Part shown: in pieces, positions 27,296-40,556 of the stretch
How positions within the stretch are numbered: the stretch's first letter is position 1
How the letters are laid out: the number at the start of each line of letters is the position of its first letter
Assembly: GCA_951406725.2 (NCBI GenBank)
Contig: OX597825.1
Location: forward strand, 8,246,001 to 8,310,000
Origin: Octopus vulgaris
Taxonomy: Eukaryota
Direction of reading: 5' to 3'
DNA: 64,000 nucleotides
Program-made: the position numbers and the translations under genes
Notes under the pieces: generated by a model
Seen by the model: the letters and a program-made list of their open reading frames with translations, nothing else
Databases searched by the model: none
What the model was told of the DNA's origin: nothing

Positions 27296-27959
27296 TGTAT
27301 GTATGTATGTATGTATGTATGTATGTATGTTTCTATGTTTGTATGTATGTATATATGACTGGTTTCTTTTGGTCTCCATCTATCAAATCCACTCCCATGG
27401 ATTTTGGTCAGCTCCAGGCCGACAACATAGACTCAGAAAGCACTAAACGAGACAGAATTTATATAGTAAGAACCGTATGTCAATTTTTGTGAATAACCGA
27501 AGGGAAAACAATGTACAACAGTATGGATATAAAGAAACCGATATTCCTTTGGAAAGAATCAATATTGTCCAATAACGATGGGGTGATCGATATTTTCGGC
27601 GGCTACGAATATCGTTGGGTTGTTCCTATACGCAGATGTTGATTAACCCACAGTGCATTCTGAATATTAAATATATTGGAGATGGAGAGGAGAAACGGAG
27701 AGAAATAGGTTGTGTTATTGCACATGGATATATATTAGTTAAATATGATTCGTGGAAAAGCCTGTAGGGCGTTGTGTAAAGCTCGTCGTAAATTAATGGC
27801 TGTCATCCAGTAGCAGAAAAGCTCTTGTTTCTAGTTAGACATTAGGAGCTTTGTAGTATCAGTAGTATCAGGAGAGTTTATATAAATAGATAAATGATAC
27901 ATACATACATACATACATACATACATACATACATACATACATACACTCATTCTTTGTGG

Positions 27960-28700
27960 ATGAATTAAAACCTTATGCAAAGAATATGCATGAGATGAAA
28001 AAGAGCCTTGACCTAGATACATCATTTTCAAAGGATGTCGGGGTTGATGTTTCGTGAGGAGAAAGGTTGCTATATGGTTGTGAAAAGGCGGACAACTATA
28101 AATCATGCCAATAACATCTCTATCAATGTTTTCACTGTTTCTTCTGTATCCGACGAGGAATGTTACAGGTATATAGAGGTGGATGAAAATATATCTTACA
28201 ATGGCAGATGTGACAAAACACATGTCACTAAAGAATATTGCAGCCGAATAAAGAAAATTTGGACCTCAGAGCTCATACCAATATATGGGCTGCTTGATTG
28301 GCCGCTTGTTGAGAGGCGATCCATTAATGTGAAAACATGAAAAATGCTAACAATCACACATAATTTTCGCTTAAACACTGACGTAGACTGTCTCTACCTA
28401 AAACGAAAAACAAGGCGGCAGGGGTTTAACATTCATCCTTTGAATGTCGCATCTTTTAAACACTAAGTGATGGAGTGCATCCCCTGACCAAGCTTGCATA
28501 TATGAGGCTGATAACTTCATAAAGCTTGGAAGGCAGCTCCTTGAGCAACACTCTTTGTCTGATAACCTAGAATGCATGTTCAAAGAACTCCCACAACTCT
28601 ACCGCAACGTATCATCAGATAAACAATCTACTTCTTGCATTCAAATTCAAAATGACTGAAGATTAACCGCACGCTTGAAACTCTTGGAGCGCAAACAAAT
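27960..28700 (+). mobile_element. R4/Dong-clade LINE RT C-terminal fragment (decayed)
   Basis: EECYRYIEVDENISYNG..DKTHVTKEYCSRIKKIWTSEL and NTDVDCLYLKR.KQGGRGL resemble the R4/Dong YKYLG...KIW.SEL and DRLY..R..GGRGL motifs. Confidence 0.75.
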
Positions 28701-29052
28701 TTGAATCAAACTGTTTTGATCCATACATGTAACTCCCAATAAATGTTCTGCAGTGCTCTTCTTTCGTTTGTCCAATCACACGTAAATATATAAACACGTA
28801 AACACATAAACACATAAGCACACACACACACACACACACGTATACTAATATCCACTATGTAAGACAGACACATTATACGATGAAAATGCCATGCTGATTG
28901 TTGCGTCATAATTATTGCAGATAAATCATGGAAAGCTAAATTAATTGCGGTATTTGCGCTGAGATAATGCTGGACATGCTGTGTCACATAACACATATAT
29001 ATATATGTATATATATATTTGTTTCTGTAGTTTCAGCTCAGAGCTGCGACCA

Positions 29053-29102
<50 letters not shown>

Positions 29103-29521
29103 TAGCCGCTGAAAAATCGTCTAGCATCTATGGTGTGAATACCACATGGGTACTGAACCATTTTTGGGCTGCGCCAACAATTTTTCTCCATTGGTAAATG
29201 CTTGTTTAGAAAAGAAGTCTTCGTTACTTACATATGAGAACCGGGATAGAAAAAGCAGTTAAACTACCAGTTGACGGTTACCTGAATGAAAATTCGTAAT
29301 GTGCAAGAGAATAAATATCAGATTAGAAAATCAAACTGTGTATCATGTTTACTAAACAAAAAATACGTTGGAAAAGATAAATTTACTGCCGTTTTTCCTC
29401 CGGTGTTAAAATCGTTTATGGACATGCTGTGTTCAAAAACGCAATATATGTATCGATATGCTTAGATTAAATATAATACATACATGGTGGCCATCTTAAC
29501 TGCTTCTGTTGCGCATAACGG

Positions 29522-29592
<71 letters not shown>

Positions 29593-30399
29593 TGTATGTA
29601 TGTATAAATAGATAGATAGATACATAGTTGTATGTATGTATAGGGTATCGGATGTTCATGTGCATTTGCGTATGCATATGTGTGTATATTTGTACAAATG
29701 GACATATAATCAATATTAATAATTTATTGCTGTATACAATAAGATGCCTGATGGATGAGGATGAATATAACTAATCTACCGCCAAAGAAAATGTTTGCCT
29801 GTGACAGTGAATCAATAGGCAAGGATTGGTCCATTAGTGCAGGTGATAGATAAATCAATATAAACCGTGTAGTTCACCGTGTCCCTTACAGGCTTTTTGC
29901 AGACCATCATCTATATTTTATACAATAAACCTAATGTACATGAACCACTGTCTTTTATCATGCCTATTATTATGCACATTGACTTTGTAGCGCCTACTAT
30001 GAGCGGAAAGAAGTTGAATAATTGAAGCATTTTATTTCCCTTACGTCATATTTCGGCTTGGAAAATGCTCGATCAATTCAACGTACCATATCTTTCCTTT
30101 GTTCCGAATTTGGCGCTGCAGCTAAATAGTAAATCGTGTTTATATTCTTTTTTTTCTTCTCCATACCAGAACGGGAGAAGTTTCTGTACTTAGAGTTTTG
30201 TGACTTATAGACACTTTGGTCCAATTTTCAGGTTTTCTGGTTAGCCTAATTTCAGAGGATGAGTATCCATCCCTCATTATTAGTACTATTAGAGTAATAT
30301 ATTATCAGATAGCAATAGCCTTAATTGAAGAATCCACAAAAACACAGTTGAGAAATAGAAAACAAACTCAAATTTTCTACTAACATATTTCAATATTCT

Positions 30400-30615
30400 A
30401 AGGTGACGAGCTTGTAGAATCGTTTGCACGCCAGACGATATGCTACTAAGAATTTCGTCCGTCACCATATTCTGATTTCAAATACCGCCGGGGTCGAATC
30501 TGTCTTTGATCTTTTCGGGGTCCGATAGAATGAACACCAGTTGGACACCGAGGATCAATGTAATGGACTTAGCCCCTGCCTCCAAACTGCTGGCCTTGTG
30601 CTAAAATTTGAAATC
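30400..30615 (+). mobile_element. Group B SINE with 14-bp TSD
   Basis: AGGTGACGAGCTTGTAGAATCG...CCGCCGGGGTCGA...GCTGGCCTTGTGCTAAAATTTGAAA; ATATTTCAATATTC at 30385-30398 and 30619-30632. Confidence 0.8.
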
Positions 30616-30718
30616 GATATATTTCAATATTCAGCTATGAAAAATCCTTCGTTGTTGTGAATATGCCAGAAATATCGCTTAAGGGTAACTTGATACAAAA
30701 ATCCAAGCATGCATCAGT

Positions 30719-30830
30719 ATAAACAACAAACAGATGTATTAGTTTAACGCTCGGGAAGTCTTTTACGTTTCGAGCCTACGCTCTTCGACAGAAAGGAACA
30801 CAGAAATAAACAGGGAGGAAAAATAGAAAC
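30719..30830 (-). mobile_element. Penelope pLTR fragment with family-consensus hammerhead-like motif (30760-30795)
   Basis: Minus strand CTTT-CTGTCGA-A-GAGC(GTAG)GCTC-GAAA-CG-T-A-AAAG; flanks match the pLTR copies at 26110-26300 and 46078-46262. Confidence 0.8.
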
Positions 30831-31479
30831 ATTGCTTGAAGTTTATTGGAAATGATATGTTTTGATTCACATACTACATAGTTTCCACACCGAGGATTCA
30901 TCGGGGAGCGAAATTTTCAACTGGAAGTGTTTTCTAGATATTTAAAAAAGAAAATAAACGAATGTATGTGATGATTGATAGTGCATATATATAATCATAC
31001 GCTGTATGCGGATATCTACTTAAATCTTGAAACCTGTTTGCACGTATTTAAGGATGAAGTTGGTCAGCGTAAACGTATTATTGTAATCCTACATGACATT
31101 TAATTAAATCCAGAATGGACAATTGTCTATGCATTCTTTCTTCATGAAACATTTGCGGTCTGCGGTAGAAGGAAACTGAAGTGGTCCTTTGCATCCGTGT
31201 TAAGCAGGCCTTTAAACATTGTTTATCCAGTCATACATTCTCATTTCTGAGGAGACGTAACTGCCATTCTTTGAACACATTGCAGGATGATTCAACTTGT
31301 TAAGAGTAGTTAAGTAGATATTTACTTATATCATTGTAATGCACTGAAATCAGTCTCCGTAGAGAGAAGACACTTCCCACTCGTTGCACTTTCCCTGCAT
31401 GCACTTGGCCAGAGAACGGTCCTGTTTAAACGAAGAAATTCTTGGAACGATTCTCTTTAATACCATGATCCGGAGAAGT

Positions 31480-31482
31480 TTA

Positions 31483-31513
<31 letters not shown>

Positions 31514-31605
31514 GGTGGTGGTGGTGGTTGTGGTTGTGGTACTAGTAGTAGTAGTAGTGGTGGTGGTGGTGGTTGTGGTAGTAGTAGTAGTAGTAGTAGT
31601 AGTAA
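31480..31605. repeat. Compound (TAG)n/(TGG)n microsatellite
   Basis: Seen directly. Confidence 0.95.
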
Positions 31606-31620
31606 GAGCAGCAACGGCAG

Positions 31621-31999
31621 TGGAGGTGCAGTGGCCCAGTGGTTAGGGCAGCGGACTCGAGGTCGGAGGATTGCGGTTTCGATTCCCAGACCGGGCGTTG
31701 TGTGTGTTTATTGAGCGAAAACACCTAAAGCTCCACGAGGCACCGGCAGGGGATGGTGGCAACCCCTGTTGTACTCTTTCACTCCAACTTTCTCTCACTC
31801 TTTCTTCCTGTTTCTTGTCCCCGACTTCCTACGCAACAGCTGAGCCTGGATGCGCAGTCATCCTTCCTTCGATGCACTCGGTGCCGGGGGTTGACTTGCT
31901 TTCTCTTCTGCGGGTCTTACGAAAAGCTAAAGTACCACGTATCGGACTTCTCCCACTAATGGGACGAAGACCACTTCGCTCAACAAACAAACAAACAAA
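31621..31999 (+). mobile_element. SINE with group C head and a different 3' tail ending in (CAAA)n, with TSD
   Basis: The first ~195 bp closely match 19871-20063 and the tail is unrelated; CAGCAACGGCAG (31609-20) / CAGCAACGACAG (32000-11). Confidence 0.85.
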
Positions 32000-33242
32000 C
32001 AGCAACGACAGCAGAAGAATGGACAGAGTATGGAAGAAAATTTAAGATCCGGTGTTTCAAACTTACACTGCCGCTACGCAGAGTTCCTTTCACTTTCATA
32101 TAACCATATATATTTCTCTTCGTGTATTACCATCATCGTGTAGAGATGAGGGAGTAAAGTACCAGCTTCATGTAAATATCTCTACCCTGAAACATGTAGC
32201 ATTGAGTATTACTCGTCTTTTCCCGTTAAACCAGAACTTGTTCGTGCGTGTCCATTTACGTATGTGTGGGTTGGTAATCTCCATAACTCTCATTGATTCA
32301 CTGTTACTATATATAATTTAGAATATTTTTTCATCGGTGATAAAGCTCGTCCTACAGGTTGGCTATTCATTTCAATAACTCCATGAAAATGAGGTTGGGT
32401 AAAAACATATCAAAAATAATAATTACTGTTGGCCAAATTGATCAATTACTGGAAAATATTATAGTTGTTTCTATTATATGTGCTTGTGGGTGTTGACTGG
32501 TTTCGATCGCATTTCATGCGGCTTTTAATAAAGTCTAACATCTAGCCGCTATTATTGATTAGCAATGAATGCGTCACACCATTCACTGTAGCCATAGAAT
32601 TATTCATTAATTTTCTAAAGGGAAACTACAAACAACAATATTCGATCAAATATATTTTCGTTTGTATAGTTGTCTGAATGTTGAAACAAGAATGCATGAC
32701 GTTTTTTTTTTCATTTCTGTATATTCCTCAACTGACGTCCTTTGTGTCTCTGTCTCGCTTGAACTTTTATATTTTTTTCCCCTGTTAAATGGAAATATTT
32801 TCATGCATATGGTTTTACACACGTTAAGTCTTATATTTACAAATGCATACATAGAAACACCTACACTCACTCACACAGTCACATATACAAATACATACAT
32901 GCATGCATGCATAAATACATTCATACGCATGTTTTTGTGTGGGCGTTTGGGCGTGTGTGTCTATGTGTGTGCGTGTGTAATTATGGAATTAATATCTTGC
33001 AACAGTAATGAAATTATTTTTCTGCGCAACACGTTTTGAAAACGCTCAAACATTATTAACATTTATAGATTTAGAACGAATAAGGATAATCCTTTTATGA
33101 ACAAAACTTAGTTATTTTCACTTTTCATGTTATTTTACAGACTTCGGAATAACTCAGGTTTGGCTTATTCTACCAGTTGTGTCTCATTCTGGGTTCTGCT
33201 CATAAAAATGTTACGAGAGATCTTTTTGAAGAAATATTTGTA

Positions 33243-33400
33243 ATAGGTGCAGGTAAAGCTGTGAGGTTAAGAAGATCGTTCGGTATCCACGTTGTTTCGT
33301 GATCGATCCTAATTCCCAATCAAAAGACCAATGTATCGTGAGTGAATTTGGTAGACGTAAATTGTGAGGAAGCTTGTCGTTTTACATCCGCACACGCACA
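33243..33400 (+). mobile_element. Degenerate group A SINE 5' part
   Basis: ATAGGTGCAGG...GCTGTGAGGTTAAGAAG...GTGAGTGAATTTGGTAGACG.AAA.TG..GGAAGC.TGTCG aligns to the group A head. Confidence 0.55.
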
Positions 33401-34907
33401 CATGGACGTATGTGTGTGTGTGCATGTGTGCGTGTGTGGTGCAAAAGTACAAAAAACTAAAGACTGCATTACTAACATCTACACCATCTGCGCCATAGAG
33501 AGATATTATCGTAAGTCTCATAATGGCGCCTTCAACACATCTTCACGTCATCACCTCACACATAACAGCACCTCCTTCCTACTCTTTTTCCCATCTCCCA
33601 CTTCATACACGTCTGCTTCTTGTTACGTTGACACAGAAATTTTATTTTTTTTACTTGCATATACTGACACATATCACATTACACACAAACCAATCACGTC
33701 TTGATTCACACCTTCGAATCTGCATCTGTTTCTTCGGTAAACGTGCTCTCATCACTCGACCGTTTTATCACTGACTACACTCTAGCGGCCGATCACACAA
33801 ACAAACAAAAATACATATTTTAGGATAATTTCCACCATTAGAAGTAGCTGCCCTCTAAAGAAAGAGGACTCTTTTCGACCACCTCTTCTATATTTCCTGT
33901 GAACATGTATGAATTTCGTTCTTGCCGTTTCATTTCTCACCTTTTTTGTCTCTTTGATGTTGCACCTTAGGTTTGGAATTTGATTTTCTTCTCACATTTC
34001 TGCCATCATCTTCGACTTTTGTTTTAATTTTGTTCTCCTTCTGACATTTTAGATTTTACTCTCATCTCAAATAGTTTCTTTTATCTTACGGTTTTCCCAT
34101 GCCTAATTTGTTTTTCCCTGGCTAATTATTTAACACGTGTCTCAATGTTTAATTTATTGCTTCACCCAACTGTCTACATCACTGTTTTCTGCCATAAATT
34201 ATGTGATATGTTTACGTACATGCACAGACACACACACTAAAACGCCGTTTGATTTACACACGCTTTCACCTCTCCTCATCACCCTACACATATATTTCGA
34301 CACCATTTGTCACATACGCTCACACACTTACATAAAGATGCACACATTATCCCATCTACACTTTCCCTTTGCCTATGTACCTATGACAGACACAGTGACA
34401 TCACACCTCAAATCTTTAAACAATAATACCAAATTTAATTCTGTACAGATACATAGGTATACACATACACACGCAGCCGCATAAAACTTATCCATAATAA
34501 CAGTTTAAAGCTGACTCTTTCTCCGCTGCGCCTTTTCAGGAAAAAATAATTATAAAGGTTTTTACGTTTTTCGTTTAAAATATGATTTTCTCCTTTATAT
34601 CTTTTCATTTTAAATATTAATTGTATCTCTCTAACTAACGTTCTCTCACATACACTCTCTGTCTCTCCCCATCTCCTTTTGCCCACCCCCTCTCTCACAT
34701 TCTCTTCATATTCTTATTCAGAAAATAGACAAACTTCCGAAGCGTTCGGTCGATACATATTCATTTCATTTCTCATTGTGGAGCGTTAAAATGAAACTGT
34801 ATTCTTCGCAATTTGTCGTTTCTGTATACTAATTTCTGTATCATTTTGTACTATGTTACTTAATCTCTGATAGCTTCTTGATATGCATGTGTGAGAGCAC
34901 GTTTGTT

Positions 34908-34946
<39 letters not shown>

Positions 34947-36399
34947 ATGTGTGTGTGTATGTGTGTGTGTGTGTGTGTTTGTGTGTGTGTGCGTGCGTGC
35001 GCATGTGTTTTTGTATGTATACGCATGTGTCTGTGTGTATGTGTGTATACGCAGGGTAAAGGTTGGAATGTTGCAGCGAGTTTCGTTTAACGGAATCGCT
35101 TTGTTTTTTGCTCTGTTCTAGAGTTGATATGTGGAAGCATATCGGCGTCAGTGCTTTTGCGTTCGTGTACTGATGTGTGGAAAGAAATGAATATGAGCCA
35201 CAATTAATTATTAAATTAATCAAAAAAATAACAGATGAAGAAAGACGTTTGAAAGAGCTAACATACTGTCGTTCTCGTTCTCGCTATGGACCTCTTTCGG
35301 ATCATGGCTCATCTTTCTCTCTGTGAGTGCTACAGGGTGGTTCTTCTGAAATTGAAAAAAAAGAATCTTGAGTGTTCATTGTGTTGTACGTATGCATTTG
35401 TGTGTCGGTACGCTAAATGTCTGTGGAGTATAATATTTTCTTTGCCGGAATATATATATATATCCGTACATGTGTGATATTTGTACAGGTCGGTAAATGC
35501 AGCTATGTTTATCTTTGTTATTCTTTCTAATTATGAGCGTGTGTGGATATATTGTTTCTATACAAATATTTAATATGTGTGGAATTAAATTCCTAATATG
35601 CGTGAGCTTGCTTTACTTTGCTTTCATATACTGATACGCATGCGTGTGAATGCAGAAGAAAAAAAAACTAGTGAATCAGTGCGGATATAAACGCGCACGT
35701 GAACATGCATGTATGTTACGATTATATTACGGCGGGATACGTTCGAGCAAACGCGAGTTGAGATCTTCCATGTGTATGTGTTTGTTTGTGGGTGTGCGTG
35801 TGTGGATGTGTTTGTGTGGTATCATGAGATAGTTGTGATCTGTAGGTAGGAACCGGAGAAAGAAGAATGAGCATGCAACGTGCATGTGCACACTAAATTC
35901 GTGAAACGGAAGAAAAAATTAAGACACAAGGCAAACATCAAAATTAATCGAGCGAGAACAATAAAACGCTATGACAAACAAATGATGCGTTGATCAGACT
36001 TCCACTTCTCATAAGCTTTGTTGCAATTTTCTTGTTTGGACCGTATGCGACATTGTGGGGAATTGAGCTTGAACTGAGCGAAAACTTGGCTAATTCCTTT
36101 CTTCCACTTTTCGATTAAACCCTACAAATACACTCCTATTTTTAGGTCACTTTAAATAAAACCCTTGGTTCAATAACACTGTATATAAACTGTATACATG
36201 GAATGACCAATTTTAAATACTATTGGATTTTACTCATAAGTTATTGGAATCTTATATGTATACAATTTTGCCTTCAAAAATGGATCTGCAAATGCAATAT
36301 CCCTACATATCTCACGTCTATTTTCTTTTATTTCCTCCACCACACTCTCTTTTTTATATCTTATCTAAATCAAGTATTTCTTAACCAACCTCTCGCACC

Positions 36400-36447
36400 G
36401 TCTCCGATGAAGGGATATAATAAATATCCTTGAAACAGCTGTAAGAC
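36400..36447 (+). ncRNA. Type I hammerhead ribozyme-like motif (near-canonical, U4C) in a probable pLTR remnant (about 36150-36515)
   Basis: Stem I GTCT/AGAC; core CCGATGA; 8-bp stem II AGGGATAT(AATAA)ATATCCTT; GAAA; perfectly palindromic stem III ACAGCTGT; GUA triplet with cleavage after 36443. Confidence 0.75.
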
Positions 36448-36656
36448 CTTCTATCTATAAATGTTTTAAAATCTACACAGCCTTGGTTTTTTATCTTATT
36501 ATGAAAAAAAAAATATATACACGTTGACATTTGACCAACGTTGAACACCCTATACGCATAATCATTGAACGTGGAACTTAACTATGGTCCATCTATAGCA
36601 CTTATACAGCATTACCTGACACCTTTGTGTCTCAATGACACCATTACCTCTCATTA

Positions 36657-36710
<54 letters not shown>

Positions 36711-37192
36711 TCTGTGAATGTGTATGTGGCGCGCTGCATACACACACTGATAAATATGTGTATACAAATGAGTGTATGTGAGCATGTGTGCTTAATAAGT
36801 ATATGGAGGCTCTAAATGATATTTCCACATAAAACTGAAATGCGAATACACATACAGCCACTTGCATCAGCAACTGCAAAAACATACCGATAGAGACAGA
36901 CAACAAAAACATTAAACAAATACCTAAAATGCCGATGAAAACCAGGTCTAAGTAGGGGCTTCAGTTATTTCTCATTTTGACGTGTCATGATACTTTTGGA
37001 ATAAACTTTATCATAATGGATAATCAAGAAAATGATGGTTGTCTTAAAACAGGCCGAGAATGCACTACTGTTTAAAAGGCACTACGGCTTTACTGTCCAT
37101 CTCTCTGTTTATTTCTCTATCTACCTACCTACCAGTCTACCTCCTTCTCTACACACGAAGACCCAGACACATAACATATTATATATATTATT

Positions 37193-37582
37193 TTATTCTT
37201 TTACAATTTTCGGTCATCTGACTGCAACCATGCTGGAGCACCGCCTTTACTCGAGCAAATCGAAACGAGGACTTATTCTTTGTAAGCCTCGTAATTATTC
37301 TAGCGGCGTGCTTTGCCGAATCGCTATGTTACAGGGACATAAACAAACCAGCATTGGTTGACAAGCGATGATGTTGGGAGAACAAACACAGAGACACAAA
37401 TACGCAAACAAACACACACACATACGACAGTCTTCTTACAGTTTCCGTCTAACAATCCACTCACAAGGCTTTGGTCGGCTTGAGGCTATAGTAGAAGACA
37501 CCTGCCGAAGGTGCCACGCAGTGGGACTGAACTCGAAACCATGAGGCTGGTAAGCAATTTACTTACCACACAGCCTCTCCTT
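37193..37582 (-). mobile_element. Group A SINE (diverged)
   Basis: Reverse complement aligns over its full length with 57159-57574. Confidence 0.85.
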
Positions 37583-38522
37583 TATTTATTTATTAAATTA
37601 TATATATATACATGAATGTAAATATATGTATATGTATGTGTATATGCACATATATACATAATGTATTGAAGTACATACATATATTTGTAATAAAATGCTG
37701 ATGTATACAAATATATTCGTGTACGTATATAAAACTATATATGTATTCATATATATATATATCTATATATATATATATGTAATATATATATATATATACA
37801 TATTTATGTATGTGCTCACAGACACACACACAGACACACACACAGACACACACACACACAGACACACACACACACATATACAAAAGCCTCCAGTGTTTTG
37901 ACTGATTATTGGTTTTAAGTGTTTTCCTAGAAAAACTTCCTTATATCATAGCATATAATAAGTGGCTTTTTCATTCATTCTTCCATTCAATCAGCATTAA
38001 TCAATGATTCCACCCTTAGCAGTCACTAACCTCAGCTTCCCCCACCCAACCTATTTTGCTCTATTTAACTCGACACTGCATTCATCTCTTTGATTAGTTG
38101 CAGGCTTCTTCTGGCTGCTCCTCGGTTTTGTCTCCACCAGCCATTATAATTAAACTTTCATTTCCCTCCTATATATCTATTATCCAAATTTTCCAATACT
38201 TTCCCCCTTTTTTTGTTTAGTTTTGCATGTAGATATACGTCTATATATACGCATGCGCGAACACTCACATCTGTGTCTCCGTTTCTTATCAAACACACAC
38301 ACAGTCACACACACACATATATTTGCATGCATACATACATACAGGCATACATGTACACATGCTTACATGTAATATATGTGGGTTCACATAAGTATATATC
38401 TATACACACACATAACATATATATATTATGTACATATATACACATATACACATATATATATGCATATGAATACATACATACACATTTATAAACATATATA
38501 TAAAGGTACATAACTGTCAATC

Positions 38523-38553
<31 letters not shown>

Positions 38554-38562
38554 CTATCTCTC

Positions 38563-38629
<67 letters not shown>

Positions 38630-38698
38630 GCATTTATACATACAAACACACACATGTACAATGCATACACGCAATATATGTGGGTGTACATAAGTATG

Positions 38699-38740
<42 letters not shown>

Positions 38741-38888
38741 CATTCATATAAATACATAATATATATATATATTATGTACATATATAGACATATATATAAA
38801 TATACATACATATATATATATATATGTATATAAATATATACATATGCATATACATATATACAAACGTACATATCTATCTATATGTATA

Positions 38889-38983
<95 letters not shown>

Positions 38984-39398
38984 ACACATACTCATATATA
39001 TATATATGCATTTTGACACACAAACACACACATGTTCATGTGTTTATGCCTCACCCTTCTCTCTTACTCTCTCAATCTCCATATATATGAGTGTGAGCGT
39101 GTGTGTGTGTGTGTGTACGCATGTAATATGTTAGTGTTCCAAATGCATTTGAGAGCAAAATAATGTAAAGCATGAATGGTTCCATAGACAATTGTCTTTC
39201 AAAGGATTTACTACTTTGTTGCTTTTTTTTTTATCGAATTAAAACAACAACAACAACAACCAAAACAATAACATCACGATGTATATACAACAATAACCAT
39301 GTTCAATTTGAACGAGGACAGGAACAATCGCTCTCACTACTCCTCAGCGCAGTTCTGGTTCTGCCGCTGCTAACGCCCACTACCAGTACTACTACTTA

Positions 39399-39469
<71 letters not shown>

Positions 39470-40039
39470 ATGATACTACCACCACCACCACCACTACTAC
39501 TTGTGGTACTACTACTACATCAATAACAACTACTACTACAACTAGTAGTGTAGGTGTTCCCACTTCTGCTGCTACTGTCAATACTACTGTTACTACTGCT
39601 GCTGCTGCCGCCTCCCCCTCCATATCCACTATCACCTCCGCCACCATTTCCGTCGGCATCCTCATCATTTATTTGGCCGTGTTCTTCAGTACATAAACTA
39701 CAGCTCATATTTCCATAATTAAGCTTTCTTCTTGAGTGCCATGATGTCCCAAAATATTACAAACGCCTCTTTAGCATTTGAATGCCATTTATAAGTTTTA
39801 ATCTATATTTTGTTTTCATACAGTAAAAATATATTTTAATATATTTCGTTGTTAACACCTTTCAACTTATAGAGTAACAGGAATTTGCCAGTATGTGTAT
39901 ATCTACTTATCTATCTATATCAATACACATATCTATATGAGTGTGCAAGCGTGTGTGCTTGTCTGTATCTACGTATATATATATATTATTATATTTCGGA
40001 ATGGTCATTTTGCCAGTTTAGCACAACAAATATATAAAC

Positions 40040-40074
<35 letters not shown>

Positions 40075-40077
<3 letters not shown>

Positions 40078-40358
40078 CGGAGATGTACTCGCATAGCAAG
40101 TGATTTGATCTGATATCGTGTGCTGAAACGAAAACAATTGCAGCGTGGAAGGTGTTTGTAAGCCATTTAAGAAACACACAAAAGCCGTTCGATTCGCTGA
40201 CAAAAATCCGTGCTGCAGCACGGATTTTTGTCAGTGAACAGGTCGCGGATTTTAGCGACGAAAATATTTTGCCAAATTAAACTTAAATGTTGAAGTGAAT
40301 CGAACGGCTTTTTTGTGTTTCTTAAATGGCTTACAAATACCTTCCACGCAGCAATTGT
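40075..40358. mobile_element. Fold-back short element with a perfect 38-bp central palindrome and a hammerhead-like motif
   Basis: CTGACAAAAATCCGTGCTGCAGCACGGATTTTTGTCAG (40197-40234); outer inverted arms; inserted in (TA)n; homologous to 18343-18604 in the opposite orientation. Confidence 0.85.
40227..40276 (+). ncRNA. Type I hammerhead-like motif, G3-C8 core variant
   Basis: TTTGTCA-GTGAACA-G-GTCGC(GGATTTTA)GCGAC-GAAA-ATAT-T-T-TGCCAAA: stem I 6/7 bp, stem II 5 bp, palindromic stem III AATATT, UUU triplet. Confidence 0.68.
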
Positions 40359-40409
40359 ATATATATATATGTATATATATATGTATATATATATGTATAT
40401 ATATATATG

Positions 40410-40474
<65 letters not shown>

Positions 40475-40493
40475 GTATGTATATATATATATA

Positions 40494-40556
<63 letters not shown>

